A model generated the notes under the pieces. It was not told the DNA's origin, made no database searches, and worked only from the letters and a program-made list of their open reading frames with translations. A stretch of 64,000 nucleotides of DNA from Pseudomonadota bacterium (GTDB lineage: Bacteria; Pseudomonadota; Gammaproteobacteria; Burkholderiales; REEB80), in contig JAGXAQ010000001.1 of the NCBI GenBank assembly GCA_018971485.1, positions 67,371 through 131,370 on the forward strand, read 5' to 3'. A program made the translations under genes and the position numbers. Position 1 is the stretch's first letter. The number at the start of each line of letters is the position of its first letter. Below, in pieces: positions 38,892 through 49,684 of the stretch.

Positions 38892-39461
38892 ATGATAAGC
38901 CTGCAAACACCATTATGTAACTTTAACGAAACTGCTCCAGATTTCCTGCTCACTCAAGACGGCAAGAATTACACGCCGCAGAATCTGTGCAATAAAAATG
39001 GCCTGCTTGTCATGTTTATCTGTAATCACTGCCCCTATGTACAAGCCATTTTACCCAGCCTGGTTTTAACCGTTCGTAACTGCCAGGCCATTAAAATAGG
39101 CTGTGTAGCAATTATGTCAAACAATATTGAAGATTATCCAGAAGATTCACCTGTTCATATGAAAAAATTAGCACTCGATCACCATTTTTCCTTTCCTTAC
39201 CTGTATGATGAATCCCAGGAAGTAGCTAAAAAATTTGGTGCGATATGTACACCTGATTTTTTTGGCTATAACAGCAAACTTGGACTGCAGTATCGGGGTC
39301 GATTTGACTCAAGAGGGAAAACAGCTTCTGCACCAGCATCAAACGACCTCCTTGAAGCCATGAAAATGATTGCTAAAACGGGTTTTGGCCCAACAAACCA
39401 AATACCCTCAATTGGCTGTTCCATCAAATGGAAAAACCAAGAGTCAATCCAAGAAGGTTGA
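38892..39461 (+). CDS. Thioredoxin-fold protein (AhpC/TSA-like thiol-disulfide oxidoreductase family)
   Basis: 189 aa with a CNHCPY (CxxC) motif in a thioredoxin-like context. Confidence 0.6.
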   Translation: MISLQTPLCNFNETAPDFLLTQDGKNYTPQNLCNKNGLLVMFICNHCPYVQAILPSLVLTVRNCQAIKIGCVAIMSNNIEDYPEDSPVHMKKLALDHHFSFPYLYDESQEVAKKFGAICTPDFFGYNSKLGLQYRGRFDSRGKTASAPASNDLLEAMKMIAKTGFGPTNQIPSIGCSIKWKNQESIQEG

Positions 39462-39640
39462 AAACACTATCTTATTCAGCCATAATTTGATATTTCAGGC
39501 TTCTGCGCTGGTCATTAATACCGACCTCATGGCATTCTTGTTGGTATAACCCACTACTGGACACCCCCTTCAGATTGGATCCTACAAGTAAACATGGCCT
39601 TTCCTGCATAAAAGAATTCTGATTGACAAGGGATGAATAA

Positions 39641-41653
39641 ATGGTAACTCATAAAGATCTCGCAAATGCTATCCGTGCCTTAGCTATGGATGCCGTACAA
39701 AAAGCCAATTCAGGTCATGCAGGTATGCCCATGGGCATGGCTGACATTGCTGAGGTATTATGGCGAAACCATTTACGACACAATCCCAAGAACCCTCACT
39801 TTCCGGACCGGGATCGATTTGTTCTCTCAAACGGTCATGGTTCAATGCTCCTTTATGCGTTACTACACCTTACAGGTTATGACCTACCATTACATGAACT
39901 TGAACAATTCAGACAGCTTCACTCAAAAACTCCCGGGCATCCGGAATATGGCGTTACACCAGGTGTGGAAACCACAACTGGCCCACTCGGACAAGGTATA
40001 GGCAATGGGGTAGGAATGGCCCTTGCAGAACGCGTCCTTTCAAAATATTTCAATCGTCCTGGACATGAAATCATTAATCATCATACCTATGTATTCCATG
40101 GAGATGGCTGTCTTATGGAAGGAATCTCACATGAAGCCTGCTCAATTGCTGGCACACTGGGGTTGGGCAAACTTATCATGTTTTATGATGATAACGGTAT
40201 ATCAATTGACGGGCCTGTCCAAGGCTGGTTTACAGACAACACACCAAAACGGTTTGAAGCCTATGGTTGGCATGTCATTCCTGATGTTAACGGTCATGAT
40301 CCCCAGTCCATCGAAACAGCAATTAATGCAGCAAAGGCTGAAACAGAAAAACCAAGCATAATCTGCTGCAAAACTACTATCGGGTTTGGAAGCCCACATA
40401 AGGCAGGCACAGAAAAGATTCATGGCAGTCCATTAGGAGTTGATGAAATTATTGCCACGAAAGAAAAACTCGGCTGGCCTTACCCACCATTTGAAATCCC
40501 TGAAAACATCTATGCAGCTTGGGATGCTACAGTAAAAGGAAATGAGATTGAACAAGACTGGAACAAGCGCTTTTCAAATTATCGGCAACAATTCCCTGAA
40601 CTTGCCCTGGAATTTGAACGTCGAACTTCAGGAAAGATTCCAAAAGATTTCAAAAAATTTGCTGATACAGCTCTTTTGACCCTCATTTCAAAGAAAGAGT
40701 CTATCGCCAGCAGAAAAGCCAGCCAACAAGCCATATCAGCTCTAGCACCTCATCTACCCGAACTAATTGGGGGTTCAGCTGATTTAACTGAATCCAACCT
40801 CACAGAGTGGGCAGAAGCGCAACCCATAAAAAATCAGGGCGGGGGAAACTACATTCACTTTGGGGTCCGGGAATTCGGGATGTCCACTATCCTGAATGGG
40901 ATGACACTCCATGGCGGATTGATTGCCTTTTCAGGCACATTCCTGACATTCTCAGACTATGCAAGGAATGCTTTGCGTCTTGCCGCATTAATGAAAATTG
41001 GTAGTATTTTCATTTTTACCCATGACTCGATTGGTCTTGGGGAGGACGGTCCAACCCACCAGGCTATCGAACAAGCGGCTTCACTACGCTACATCCCAAA
41101 TATGGACGTCTGGCGTCCCTGTGACACAACAGAAACCATGAAAGCCTGGACTAATGCAATTCAAAAAAGAAATGGGCCTAGCAGTCTGCTCCTTTCAAGA
41201 CAAAACCTAGCGTTTGTTGAGCGCTCCAGTGAACAGATCGCCGCTATCGATCGTGGCGGATATACTCTTAAAGACTGTTCAGGTACGCCTGAAATCATTC
41301 TGATTGCCACCGGATCTGAAATTGAGTTGGCCCTGAAAACCCAGAAAGCACTGCCTGATATTCGTATAAGGGTGGTATCAATGCCCTGCACTAATCTATT
41401 CGATCGGCAGGATAATTCTTGGAAAGAATCTGTTCTACCAGAAGATGTGCCTTGCTTGGCTATTGAAGCAGGAACAGCTGATTTCTGGAGAAAATATGTC
41501 GGATTAAAAGGGGAGGTTATCGGCATGACTTCTTTTGGTGAGTCTGCTCCTGCTGATAAGCTTTTTAATTATTTTGGATTCACCGTTGAAAACGTCTCGG
41601 CCACCATACTGAAAATGGTTGAAGCAGAAAAGAGAAAAGCCCGGTTCTCATGA
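39641..41653 (+). CDS. tkt: Transketolase
   Basis: 670 aa with [16 protein letters not shown] and [13 protein letters not shown]. Confidence 0.95.
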   Translation: MVTHKDLANAIRALAMDAVQKANSGHAGMPMGMADIAEVLWRNHLRHNPKNPHFPDRDRFVLSNGHGSMLLYALLHLTGYDLPLHELEQFRQLHSKTPGHPEYGVTPGVETTTGPLGQGIGNGVGMALAERVLSKYFNRPGHEIINHHTYVFHGDGCLMEGISHEACSIAGTLGLGKLIMFYDDNGISIDGPVQGWFTDNTPKRFEAYGWHVIPDVNGHDPQSIETAINAAKAETEKPSIICCKTTIGFGSPHKAGTEKIHGSPLGVDEIIATKEKLGWPYPPFEIPENIYAAWDATVKGNEIEQDWNKRFSNYRQQFPELALEFERRTSGKIPKDFKKFADTALLTLISKKESIASRKASQQAISALAPHLPELIGGSADLTESNLTEWAEAQPIKNQGGGNYIHFGVREFGMSTILNGMTLHGGLIAFSGTFLTFSDYARNALRLAALMKIGSIFIFTHDSIGLGEDGPTHQAIEQAASLRYIPNMDVWRPCDTTETMKAWTNAIQKRNGPSSLLLSRQNLAFVERSSEQIAAIDRGGYTLKDCSGTPEIILIATGSEIELALKTQKALPDIRIRVVSMPCTNLFDRQDNSWKESVLPEDVPCLAIEAGTADFWRKYVGLKGEVIGMTSFGESAPADKLFNYFGFTVENVSATILKMVEAEKRKARFS

Positions 41654-41751
41654 TTATCCATTTAACCCAAATAATTTTCTCGAATTTTCAGAATAAACCC
41701 GAGATATGGGACTATTATCAATACAGGCATATATTCAAAGGGTAACGCTTC

Positions 41752-42945
41752 GTGTCTATTACAAATATGCTTGACCTAGATCTACGCGGAAAACGTGTCA
41801 TGATCCGTGAAGACTTCAATGTACCAATCAAAGATGGGGTTATTACTGATGACACGCGTATTCGTGCATGCATTCCAACAATTCAGACGGCTCTTAGACA
41901 AGAAGCAAGAATTATCCTGATCAGCCATCTAGGTCGCCCCAAAGAAGGCCAATACGATAAGAACCTAACCCTTCTCCCCGTGGCACAACGCCTTGAAACC
42001 TTGCTTCACCAGCCAATACATTTAGAGAAAGACTGGCTCAACGGTCTGACTGTAGGGGCAGGAAAAATTGTTCTTTGTGAGAATGTCAGGTTCAACATTG
42101 GGGAAGAGACAAATGATGAACTTTTGGCCAGGAAAATGGCCGCACTATGTGACATTTTTGTTATGGATGCATTTGGCACGGCCCATCGGGCACAGGCATC
42201 CACTGAAGGAATAGCGCGTTTTTCTCCAGTTGCTGCTGCCGGCCCGCTTCTTCTTGCTGAGCTTAATGCTTTACATCATGCCCTGGAACAACCAAAGCAT
42301 CCAGTAGTTGCCATTGTCGGTGGTGCCAAAGTTTCAGGCAAACTCAGGTTGCTTGAACGACTCTTAGACAAAACTGATTGCCTGATTGTTGGGGGAGGGA
42401 TAGCCAACACCTTTCTTGCGGCCACAGGAAAACCCATTGGGGCATCCCTTTATGAACCCGATCTGGTTGATGACGCAAAGCGCATCCTTCTCAAAGCAGA
42501 AAAAAAAGGCATACAAATTCCCCTCCCGATTGATATCATTTGCGGGGAAGTCCTGACTGAAGCAGCAATCGGAACTAAAAAACTCATTCAGGAAGTCAGT
42601 GCTGAAGACAAAATACTGGATATTGGGCCCCAGACCTCTCTGATCCTTGATCAAATCATAAAAGAAGCTCAAACCATCATCTGGAATGGGCCAATTGGTG
42701 TTTTTGAGCTGCCCGCCTTTGCTGATGGTACGAGGCATCTCGCACAAGCCATTGCAAAATCCACGGCCTTTTCTATCGCCGGTGGAGGCGATACACTTGC
42801 AGCAATTACAAAATTTAATGTTACAGATGATATTTCTTACATTTCAACAGGCGGAGGAGCCTTTCTAGAATATATTGAAGGGCGTACACTTCCGGCAGTC
42901 AACATACTTGAAAAACGTGGACAACTTTCGCTTCATCGGCCATAA
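41752..42945 (+). CDS. pgk: Phosphoglycerate kinase
   Basis: 397 aa. The GTG start gives MSITNMLDLDLRGKRVMIREDFNVP, collinear with the E. coli Pgk N-terminus. Confidence 0.95.
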   Translation: MSITNMLDLDLRGKRVMIREDFNVPIKDGVITDDTRIRACIPTIQTALRQEARIILISHLGRPKEGQYDKNLTLLPVAQRLETLLHQPIHLEKDWLNGLTVGAGKIVLCENVRFNIGEETNDELLARKMAALCDIFVMDAFGTAHRAQASTEGIARFSPVAAAGPLLLAELNALHHALEQPKHPVVAIVGGAKVSGKLRLLERLLDKTDCLIVGGGIANTFLAATGKPIGASLYEPDLVDDAKRILLKAEKKGIQIPLPIDIICGEVLTEAAIGTKKLIQEVSAEDKILDIGPQTSLILDQIIKEAQTIIWNGPIGVFELPAFADGTRHLAQAIAKSTAFSIAGGGDTLAAITKFNVTDDISYISTGGGAFLEYIEGRTLPAVNILEKRGQLSLHRP

Positions 42946-42974
42946 CAAACAATATATCAACGGAGATTCATACG

Positions 42975-44408
42975 GTGTTACGCAGAACAAAAATTGTCGC
43001 CACACTTGGCCCGGCATCCAGTGATCCAGCAATTCTAGGTCAGCTTATAGATGCAGGAGTGGATGTTGTACGACTCAATTTTTCTCATGGGAAAGCTCAG
43101 GACCATATGGAGCTAGCGGCATTGGTTCGCAAACTGGCAGGAGCTCGCGGACGAACGGTCGGAATCATGGTAGACCTGCAAGGTCCAAAAATACGGGTGG
43201 GAAAATTTGAAAACGACCGGGTCACCCTAAAATCAGGTGCACAATTTATTCTGGATGCTGACTGCCTTCTTGGTAACGAGGAAAGAGTTGGCATTGACTA
43301 TAAGGAATTACCTCGAGATGTAACCCCCGGATCTGTCCTGCTTCTCAATGATGGCATCATCCAGATGATTGTTAAGGAAGTTTCTGGCAATCAGATCATC
43401 TGCACGGTAACAGTCGGTGGAGTCTTATCGAACAACAAAGGCATTAACCGTCAAGGAGGGGGGCTGACTGCTCCTGTCTTGACCGACAAAGACAAAGAAG
43501 ATATCAAAACAGCCGCACAGCTTGATGCCGACTATTTAGCAGTCTCATTCCCAAAATCTGGGGAAGACATGAATATTGCACGACATCTGTTAAATGAGGC
43601 AGGCGGGCATGCTTGGCTTTGTGCAAAAATTGAACGGACTGAGGCCATTGATGCTCTTGAGGACATCCTATCGGCATCAGACTCCATCATGGTGGCCCGA
43701 GGAGATCTCGGAGTTGAAATGGGAGATGCGGCCATCCCCGCGCTTCAGAAACAAATGATACAGATGGCGAGAAAAATGAATAAGACCATCATCACTGCTA
43801 CACACATGATGGAATCAATGATCAATAATCCCATTCCAACCAGGGCAGAAGTATCGGATGTTGCCAATGCTGTTCTAGATGGAACCGATGCTGTCATGCT
43901 TTCTGCAGAATCTGCTGCTGGGGCTTATCCTGTTGAAGCAGTCAAGGCACTTGATCGAGTCTGCCAGCAAGCGGAACGCATGATAGAAATTTATGTCAAC
44001 TCTGAAAAGGTAGCCCCACATAAAAGCGGTGTTCACCGTAATGAGGCTATCGCCCAGGCAACCATGTACACAGCAAATCATCTTGATGTTAAAGCGATTG
44101 GATCGATGACACAAACAGGCTTGACTCCACTGTGGATGTCACGCTTTAATTCAGATGTTCCCATTTACGCCTTGTCAGATGATCTTCGTACCTGCCGCAA
44201 AGTCACCCTTTTCCGAGGTGTTCAACCTATTCACTTTGTTTACGAAACAAGCAATAGAGAAGATATTCTCTTAGAAGCAGAACGACTCATTCGTCAATGC
44301 GATGCAGTTCAAGATGGAGACCTGGTGATCATGACTATTGGTGAACCTATAGGTAAGCCTGGCGGAACCAACACCATGAAAATAATCCAGGTGGGTGAAC
44401 ACCGTTAA
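42975..44408 (+). CDS. pyk: Pyruvate kinase
   Basis: 477 aa with a GTG start and GGAG 9 nt upstream. Motifs are RRTKIVATLGPA and MVARGDLGVE. Confidence 0.95.
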   Translation: MLRRTKIVATLGPASSDPAILGQLIDAGVDVVRLNFSHGKAQDHMELAALVRKLAGARGRTVGIMVDLQGPKIRVGKFENDRVTLKSGAQFILDADCLLGNEERVGIDYKELPRDVTPGSVLLLNDGIIQMIVKEVSGNQIICTVTVGGVLSNNKGINRQGGGLTAPVLTDKDKEDIKTAAQLDADYLAVSFPKSGEDMNIARHLLNEAGGHAWLCAKIERTEAIDALEDILSASDSIMVARGDLGVEMGDAAIPALQKQMIQMARKMNKTIITATHMMESMINNPIPTRAEVSDVANAVLDGTDAVMLSAESAAGAYPVEAVKALDRVCQQAERMIEIYVNSEKVAPHKSGVHRNEAIAQATMYTANHLDVKAIGSMTQTGLTPLWMSRFNSDVPIYALSDDLRTCRKVTLFRGVQPIHFVYETSNREDILLEAERLIRQCDAVQDGDLVIMTIGEPIGKPGGTNTMKIIQVGEHR

Positions 44409-44431
44409 TTCAATAAACGAGGAGGGTTAAA

Positions 44432-45496
44432 GTGGCACTTGTAGCCTTAAGGCAACTTCTGGATCATGCAGCTGAAAACTCTTATGGCCTGCCAGCCTTT
44501 AATGTCAATAATATGGAGCAGGTCCATGCCATCATGCAGGCTGCAGATGTCTGCTCAAGCCCTGTCATCATGCAAGGTTCAGCCGGAGCAAGGAAATATG
44601 CGGGAGAAGCCTTTCTACGACATCTTATTCTGGCTGCAATTGAAGCCTACCCTCATATCCCAGTTGCCATGCATCAGGATCATGGGCAGTCTCCAGCTGT
44701 ATGCATTAATGCCATTCGCTCGGGCTTTTCAAGCGTCATGATGGATGGCTCGCTTCAGGAGGACGGTAAAACTCCTTCCGATTACAGCTACAATGTCTCG
44801 GTAACCAAAAAGGTTGTGGATATTGCGCATGCTGTTGGAGTATCAGTAGAAGGTGAGCTAGGTGTACTTGGCTCGCTTGAGACCATGAAGGCTGACAAGG
44901 AAGATGGGGTTGGCGCTGAAGGGACAATGACCCGCGAGCAACTTTTAACCAACCCCGACCAAGCTGCAGATTTCGTAAAGCAAACCGGGGTTGATGCCCT
45001 AGCCATTGCAATCGGCACATCCCATGGCGCCTACAAATTTAGCCGCAAACCCACAGGAGATATTTTAGCTATCCAACGAATCAAGGAAATCCATGCCCGC
45101 CTTCCCAACACCCATCTTGTGATGCATGGCTCTAGCAGCGTCCCGCAGGAATGGCTTGAAATCATTCGTAAGCATGGCGGAAACCTTAAGGAAACATACG
45201 GTGTTCCGGTAGAAGAAATTGTTGAAGGCATACGTCATGGTGTCCGAAAGGTCAATATTGATACTGATATCCGACTTGCCATGACCGGAGCTATCAGGCG
45301 TTATCTCTCACTTAACCCGTCAGAATTTGACCCTAGAAAATATCTGCGTGATGCAGAGTCTGCGGCTCAGGCTATCTGTAAAACCCGCTTTGAAGCCTTC
45401 GGAAGCGCAGGGCAGGCTGAACACATACGTCCCATTCCACTTGAGGAAATGGCAAAAAAGTATACTCAAGGCACTCTTAAGGCAGTCGTCAAATAA
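44432..45496 (+). CDS. fba: Fructose-bisphosphate aldolase, class II (354-aa Calvin-cycle/CbbA-like subtype)
   Basis: GTG start with GAGGAGGG 5 nt upstream. Motifs are [12 protein letters not shown] and HQDHG. Confidence 0.9.
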   Translation: MALVALRQLLDHAAENSYGLPAFNVNNMEQVHAIMQAADVCSSPVIMQGSAGARKYAGEAFLRHLILAAIEAYPHIPVAMHQDHGQSPAVCINAIRSGFSSVMMDGSLQEDGKTPSDYSYNVSVTKKVVDIAHAVGVSVEGELGVLGSLETMKADKEDGVGAEGTMTREQLLTNPDQAADFVKQTGVDALAIAIGTSHGAYKFSRKPTGDILAIQRIKEIHARLPNTHLVMHGSSSVPQEWLEIIRKHGGNLKETYGVPVEEIVEGIRHGVRKVNIDTDIRLAMTGAIRRYLSLNPSEFDPRKYLRDAESAAQAICKTRFEAFGSAGQAEHIRPIPLEEMAKKYTQGTLKAVVK

Positions 45497-46396
45497 ATGT
45501 TAAAGAAGGGGCTCATACAATCAAACCTTAAAAGCCTGAAACTAATAAGCCGGGGCAAGGTAAGAGATATTTATTCCATTGACAATGATTACCTGCTTTT
45601 GGTAGCAACAGATCGGTTATCAGCATTTGACGTAGTATTGCCTGATCCAGTACCTGGCAAGGGGGAAATCCTGACAAAAATGTCAGTTTTCTGGTTCAAG
45701 AGATTAGGCTCAAACCTTTTGACCCAACTAACCGATATCTCTCCCGAATCAGTTGTACCACCTAACGAATATGATGAGGTCAGGGGTCGTTCTTTGATCG
45801 TAAAACGTATCAGGCCTCTTCCTATAGAAGCGATTGTGAGAGGATATCTTGCTGGAAGTGGATTCAAGGAATATCAGGAAAATGGATCAATATGTGACAT
45901 TCCTCTTCCACCTGGCCTTAAAATTGCAGATGCCCTTCCAGAACCCATCTTTACCCCCTCAACAAAACCGTCAGACAATAGCCATGATGAAAACATCTCT
46001 TTTGAGAAGATGAAAGATATCATCGGTAAGAATCATGCTGAAGAAATCAGGGAAACAAGTCTGACGCTATACCGGCATGCAAATGAGCATGCAGCTAAAC
46101 GTGGGATACTCATAGCTGATACCAAATTTGAATTTGGTATCGATTCTCAAGGAAATCTATGCTGGATTGATGAAGCGCTTACACCTGATTCATCCCGGTT
46201 CTGGCCTAAGGATAAATGGCAGGCTGGGAAGAACCCGCCCAGTTTTGACAAACAGTTTGTCCGGGATTATCTAGAAACAATCAAATGGTCTAAAGTCCCC
46301 CCCGGGCCACACTTACCTGAAGAAATCATACAAAAAACAGCTGACAAATACCAAGAAGCATTCCGGCGTTTAACAGAACCACCGAATTCGTGTTAA
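45497..46396 (+). CDS. purC: Phosphoribosylaminoimidazole-succinocarboxamide synthase (long form)
   Basis: 299 aa with GKVRDIY...LLVATDRLSAFD. The start abuts the fba stop. Confidence 0.9.
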   Translation: MLKKGLIQSNLKSLKLISRGKVRDIYSIDNDYLLLVATDRLSAFDVVLPDPVPGKGEILTKMSVFWFKRLGSNLLTQLTDISPESVVPPNEYDEVRGRSLIVKRIRPLPIEAIVRGYLAGSGFKEYQENGSICDIPLPPGLKIADALPEPIFTPSTKPSDNSHDENISFEKMKDIIGKNHAEEIRETSLTLYRHANEHAAKRGILIADTKFEFGIDSQGNLCWIDEALTPDSSRFWPKDKWQAGKNPPSFDKQFVRDYLETIKWSKVPPGPHLPEEIIQKTADKYQEAFRRLTEPPNSC

Positions 46397-46519
46397 AAAA
46401 ATTATACCGAAATGATTAGCCTTGCTTTGATGTTGTATGGCTATAACAACAACCTTCCAGCATATCAACAAAACAAGAGGTTAAAAGAAGATATCTGAAC
46501 AATCAGAACGATTTTTATT

Positions 46520-46700
46520 ATGGGGCCTCCCGCTCATGCCGTCAGGCCATCATCCTGAACCTTAAGGTCCAAGGTGGTCGCTACGCACCAACTTCAGGCT
46601 CATCCACTAAGGAACATGCTCAACGGCCAGCAACTGCAGCAACCCTATTTCAAATATTGGTTCAAAGAGTCTTTGGTCTTAACCAACACAGCAGGAGGAA
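46520..46700 (-). ncRNA. ssrS: 6S RNA (SsrS)
   Basis: Begins within a few nt of the zapA stop, as in E. coli. The minus strand reads ...CCGUUGAGCAUGUUCC...CGACCACCUUGGACCUUAAGGUUCAGG...GGCAUGAGCGGGAGG. This resembles E. coli GGUGAGCAUGCUC / CACCUUGAACCAAGGGUUCAAGG. The 5' UUCCUCCUGCU pairs with the 3' AGCGGGAGG closing stem. Ends are +/- 10 nt. Confidence 0.8.
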
Positions 46701-46702
46701 CT

Positions 46703-47011
46703 TTAAAGACCAGCTTGCAATTCATCTATGACACTATCAAGATTACCTTGCATAGCTTTAATCTTACTCTGAATTTCTGCCACATCAAGAGATTTGCTAA
46801 CTTTACGGGAATAAAATTCATGTGCGATTTGTAACGCAGCCAGAATTGCTACCCTCTCATTTCCTGGAACCCCGCCAGCTTTCTTAATATCCAGCATGCG
46901 GCTATTCAACATGTCAACAGAAGCAAGCAATGCTTCACGTTCATTTTCTGGGCAGCTTATACGAAATTCCCGTCCCATGACTAACACTGTTAAATCCTGA
47001 TTTTCAATCAT
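46703..47011 (-). CDS. zapA: Cell division protein ZapA
   Basis: 102 aa, located immediately upstream of 6S RNA. N-terminus LTVLVMGREFRISCPENEREALLASV is ZapA-like. Confidence 0.8.
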   Translation of the reverse strand: MIENQDLTVLVMGREFRISCPENEREALLASVDMLNSRMLDIKKAGGVPGNERVAILAALQIAHEFYSRKVSKSLDVAEIQSKIKAMQGNLDSVIDELQAGL

Positions 47012-47020
47012 CGCCTAATT

Positions 47021-47305
47021 TCATCCCATATGTTCGGGAGTTTCCCCCAACAAATCCTGTAAGCGTAACCGAGCTTCCTCAATTTTCTTGATTAGAAGAT
47101 GATTTTGACTTTGAACATCGTCAATTTTATGCTGACGTGCTTCAATTTCGGCTTGTGCGACAGCAAGATGCTGCCTTAATGCATCATTTCCTGCCTGAGA
47201 ATTAGCTAGCTCAATCCGCTGATCAGCTATCATCCTGCGCATACGACGTGCAAGCGCAACAAGTGATGCAATTTTATCTTCCAAAAGTTGAATATCCTGC
47301 TCCAT
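47021..47305 (-). CDS. Coiled-coil protein upstream of zapA (ZapB-like / TIGR02449-like)
   Basis: The ORF track gives 47021..47341 (TTG). Met13 gives MEQDIQLLEDKIASLV... It is all heptad-like coiled coil with no SD at either start. Confidence 0.55.
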   Translation of the reverse strand: MEQDIQLLEDKIASLVALARRMRRMIADQRIELANSQAGNDALRQHLAVAQAEIEARQHKIDDVQSQNHLLIKKIEEARLRLQDLLGETPEHMG

Positions 47306-47484
47306 GCGCACACTATAAAGGGAAAGGGAAAGCCCGGTCAACTAGGAAGACCAACCAACCAATTATCGCACCAAGCCTAATTCTTGATTCTACGCTAGTC
47401 TACGTAAATCAAGTAACGCCCTTCTCTAAGCCTGGCACAAATTAATCAAAACATGAAAACTTCCTCCTAAATATAAGATAGAAT

Positions 47485-47670
47485 ACTAGCCGCTCCAGGT
47501 GCCCTGTTTTCAACACAGCAAACAGGGAGAATCGGGAAGCAGGTAAGCACTCAAGCAAATCCTGCACTGCACCCGCAGCGGTAGGCAAGCGTGGACACCT
47601 CACAATAAGCCACTGTGATTTCATCATGGGAAGGCGGCGTGTCAAATCTTGCGAGTCCGAAGACCGGCCT
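47485..47670 (+). promoter_or_regulatory. Cobalamin (B12) riboswitch
   Basis: GGUGCC...AACAGGGAGAAUCGGGAAGC...CUGCACCCGCAGCGGUAGG...GCCACUG...GGGAAGGC...B12 box AGUCCGAAGACCGGCC. It lies upstream of a TonB-dependent receptor gene. Confidence 0.9.
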
Positions 47671-47785
47671 GTGAATTTACTCACGGAATAGTCCTGTTTG
47701 GATGATGTGTTTCGCCATCCAACTGTTCATTCCGGATACCTCAACCAATACTTCGTGGCGGGATGCACACGAGGAGGAGAAAATA

Positions 47786-49648
47786 ATGAATCGGCATTTC
47801 AGATTCAAACCTGTTGTATTCGCATTTATACTGACACAACCCATAATTGCCTTTGGATCAACGCTCTACACCAGGCAGGATATTATCGTCACGGCAACAC
47901 GAACTCCTGAGCTGAAAACCCATGCCATACAAGATGTTACAATTATCAGCTCCAGACAACTGCGGCGCTCCGGACAAGAAACATTAGGTGAAGTATTACA
48001 GATGGCTCCGGGCGTAGAGCTGGCACAAACCGGCGGTGCAGGACAAGCTGCCAGCATCTTTCTGCGCGGAACCAACTCAGACCAAACCTTAATACTACTT
48101 AACGGTGTCCCAATCAATACAGGCAGCTTGGGAATAGCCTCACTAAACGCCATCCCCATATCCGAAATTGATCATATTGAAATCATGCAAGGCCCCGCAA
48201 GCAGCTTATATGGAGCCAACGCAATTGGGGGAGTCATCCAGATCTTCACCAAAAAAGGCCAAGACAATCCCCATCCTTATCTCTCTGCCGGGATCGGGAC
48301 ACTTAACACGTCCAGGGTCAATCTGGGCTACGCGGGTCAAAAAGGAAAACTGGATTTTAATATCAGTGCAGGACATGACGCCTCAACCTCAATTTCTCAA
48401 ACTAATCCTAGCAATACCTTCAGCTATAATCCAGACAACGATCCTTACCGCAATACTTATTTCTCAGGACAGGTGGGTTACCATCTCGCACCAGGCCAGG
48501 AAGTGGGTCTTGTATTATTAAAAAACCGGGCCATGGTATTTAATGATGAAGGAGAATATGGCACAGCTTCACTGCAAGATCATACGACTACCACTATTGG
48601 CAATTACACTGTCTACAGCAAAAACCGAATCAACTCAAGCTGGCTGAGCCAGGTTCATTTTTCTCATGCAATTGATGATGAATACACGCAAACAGCGAAC
48701 CCTTTCAGTAACAATGGTTCCGTTAATAATACGCAGGATCTGGTCAGTTGGCAGAATGATTTTGATACATCTCTAGGGACGTTTACTCTTGGTGCAGAAA
48801 ATCAATGGCAATCTGTTGGAGGAACCTCTACTACATTTACGGTAAACAACAGAACCAACCATTCATTTTTTGGTGTGTATCACAAAACCTTTGGTAAACA
48901 AAATATCCTCTTTAGTGCGCGTCATGATGATAACAGCCAGTTTGGAAGCAAAAACACTGGTCTTATTGGCTACAGCTATCACTTCACGCCCAATTTCCGG
49001 CTCAGCTCAACGATTGGAACGGCTTTCAGAGCTCCAACATTCGATGATCTCTATGCGATTTACCCATTTTACATTGCCAATCCAAACCTCAAACCTGAAC
49101 AATCTCTTAACAAAGAAGTAAGCCTGCACTATTCGTTCAATAACCAAAGAATCAGCCTAACCTATTTTAATAATCGCATTCGCGATCTTATTACAGGATA
49201 CACTGATTCTAATTTCAACTATGTCATGACTAATGTCGGTTCTGCCCGAATCAAAGGCATTGAAATTGGGTATAAAGGAAAAATACAGGACTTCAGAATC
49301 ACTTCGTCCCTAACTTTTCAACAGCCTCTTAATGAAGATACCCAAACGCTTCTGGGACGGCGAGCCCGCCAGTTCGGATTTATCCGAGTCAGTAAAAGTT
49401 ACCACCAATGGAATTATGGTATTGAAGACCTCTTTTCAGGGAAACGATTTGATTCTTCCAATTCCAATACCAGCGCGAACCAGCTTGGCGGCTATAACAT
49501 TGCCAACCTAACTGTCACTTATCAGTATAGCCGACGTCTTTCCTGGTACACCCGCTGGAACAATATTTTCAACAAACCGTACGAACTGGCTCTAGGATAT
49601 AATACCCCGGGAAGCAATGTTTTTACTGGATTTAATTATGCGCTGTAA
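47786..49648 (+). CDS. btuB: TonB-dependent vitamin B12 / cobalamin outer-membrane receptor
   Basis: The ORF track starts at 47702, inside the riboswitch platform. ATG 47786 has GAGGAGGA 7 nt upstream and gives signal peptide MNRHFRFKPVVFAFILTQPIIAFG, followed by TonB box DIIVTATR. Confidence 0.85.
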   Translation: MNRHFRFKPVVFAFILTQPIIAFGSTLYTRQDIIVTATRTPELKTHAIQDVTIISSRQLRRSGQETLGEVLQMAPGVELAQTGGAGQAASIFLRGTNSDQTLILLNGVPINTGSLGIASLNAIPISEIDHIEIMQGPASSLYGANAIGGVIQIFTKKGQDNPHPYLSAGIGTLNTSRVNLGYAGQKGKLDFNISAGHDASTSISQTNPSNTFSYNPDNDPYRNTYFSGQVGYHLAPGQEVGLVLLKNRAMVFNDEGEYGTASLQDHTTTTIGNYTVYSKNRINSSWLSQVHFSHAIDDEYTQTANPFSNNGSVNNTQDLVSWQNDFDTSLGTFTLGAENQWQSVGGTSTTFTVNNRTNHSFFGVYHKTFGKQNILFSARHDDNSQFGSKNTGLIGYSYHFTPNFRLSSTIGTAFRAPTFDDLYAIYPFYIANPNLKPEQSLNKEVSLHYSFNNQRISLTYFNNRIRDLITGYTDSNFNYVMTNVGSARIKGIEIGYKGKIQDFRITSSLTFQQPLNEDTQTLLGRRARQFGFIRVSKSYHQWNYGIEDLFSGKRFDSSNSNTSANQLGGYNIANLTVTYQYSRRLSWYTRWNNIFNKPYELALGYNTPGSNVFTGFNYAL

Positions 49649-49684
49649 CCCTTAATCAGAAAAACACCCTCCTCCAAAGCCACA

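Noticed and set aside
47702-47785. The ORF-track start of the btuB ORF (MMCFAIQLF...), 84 nt upstream.
   Set aside because: This extension lies in the riboswitch expression platform and has no SD. The downstream ATG 47786 has GAGGAGGA and yields a proper signal peptide.
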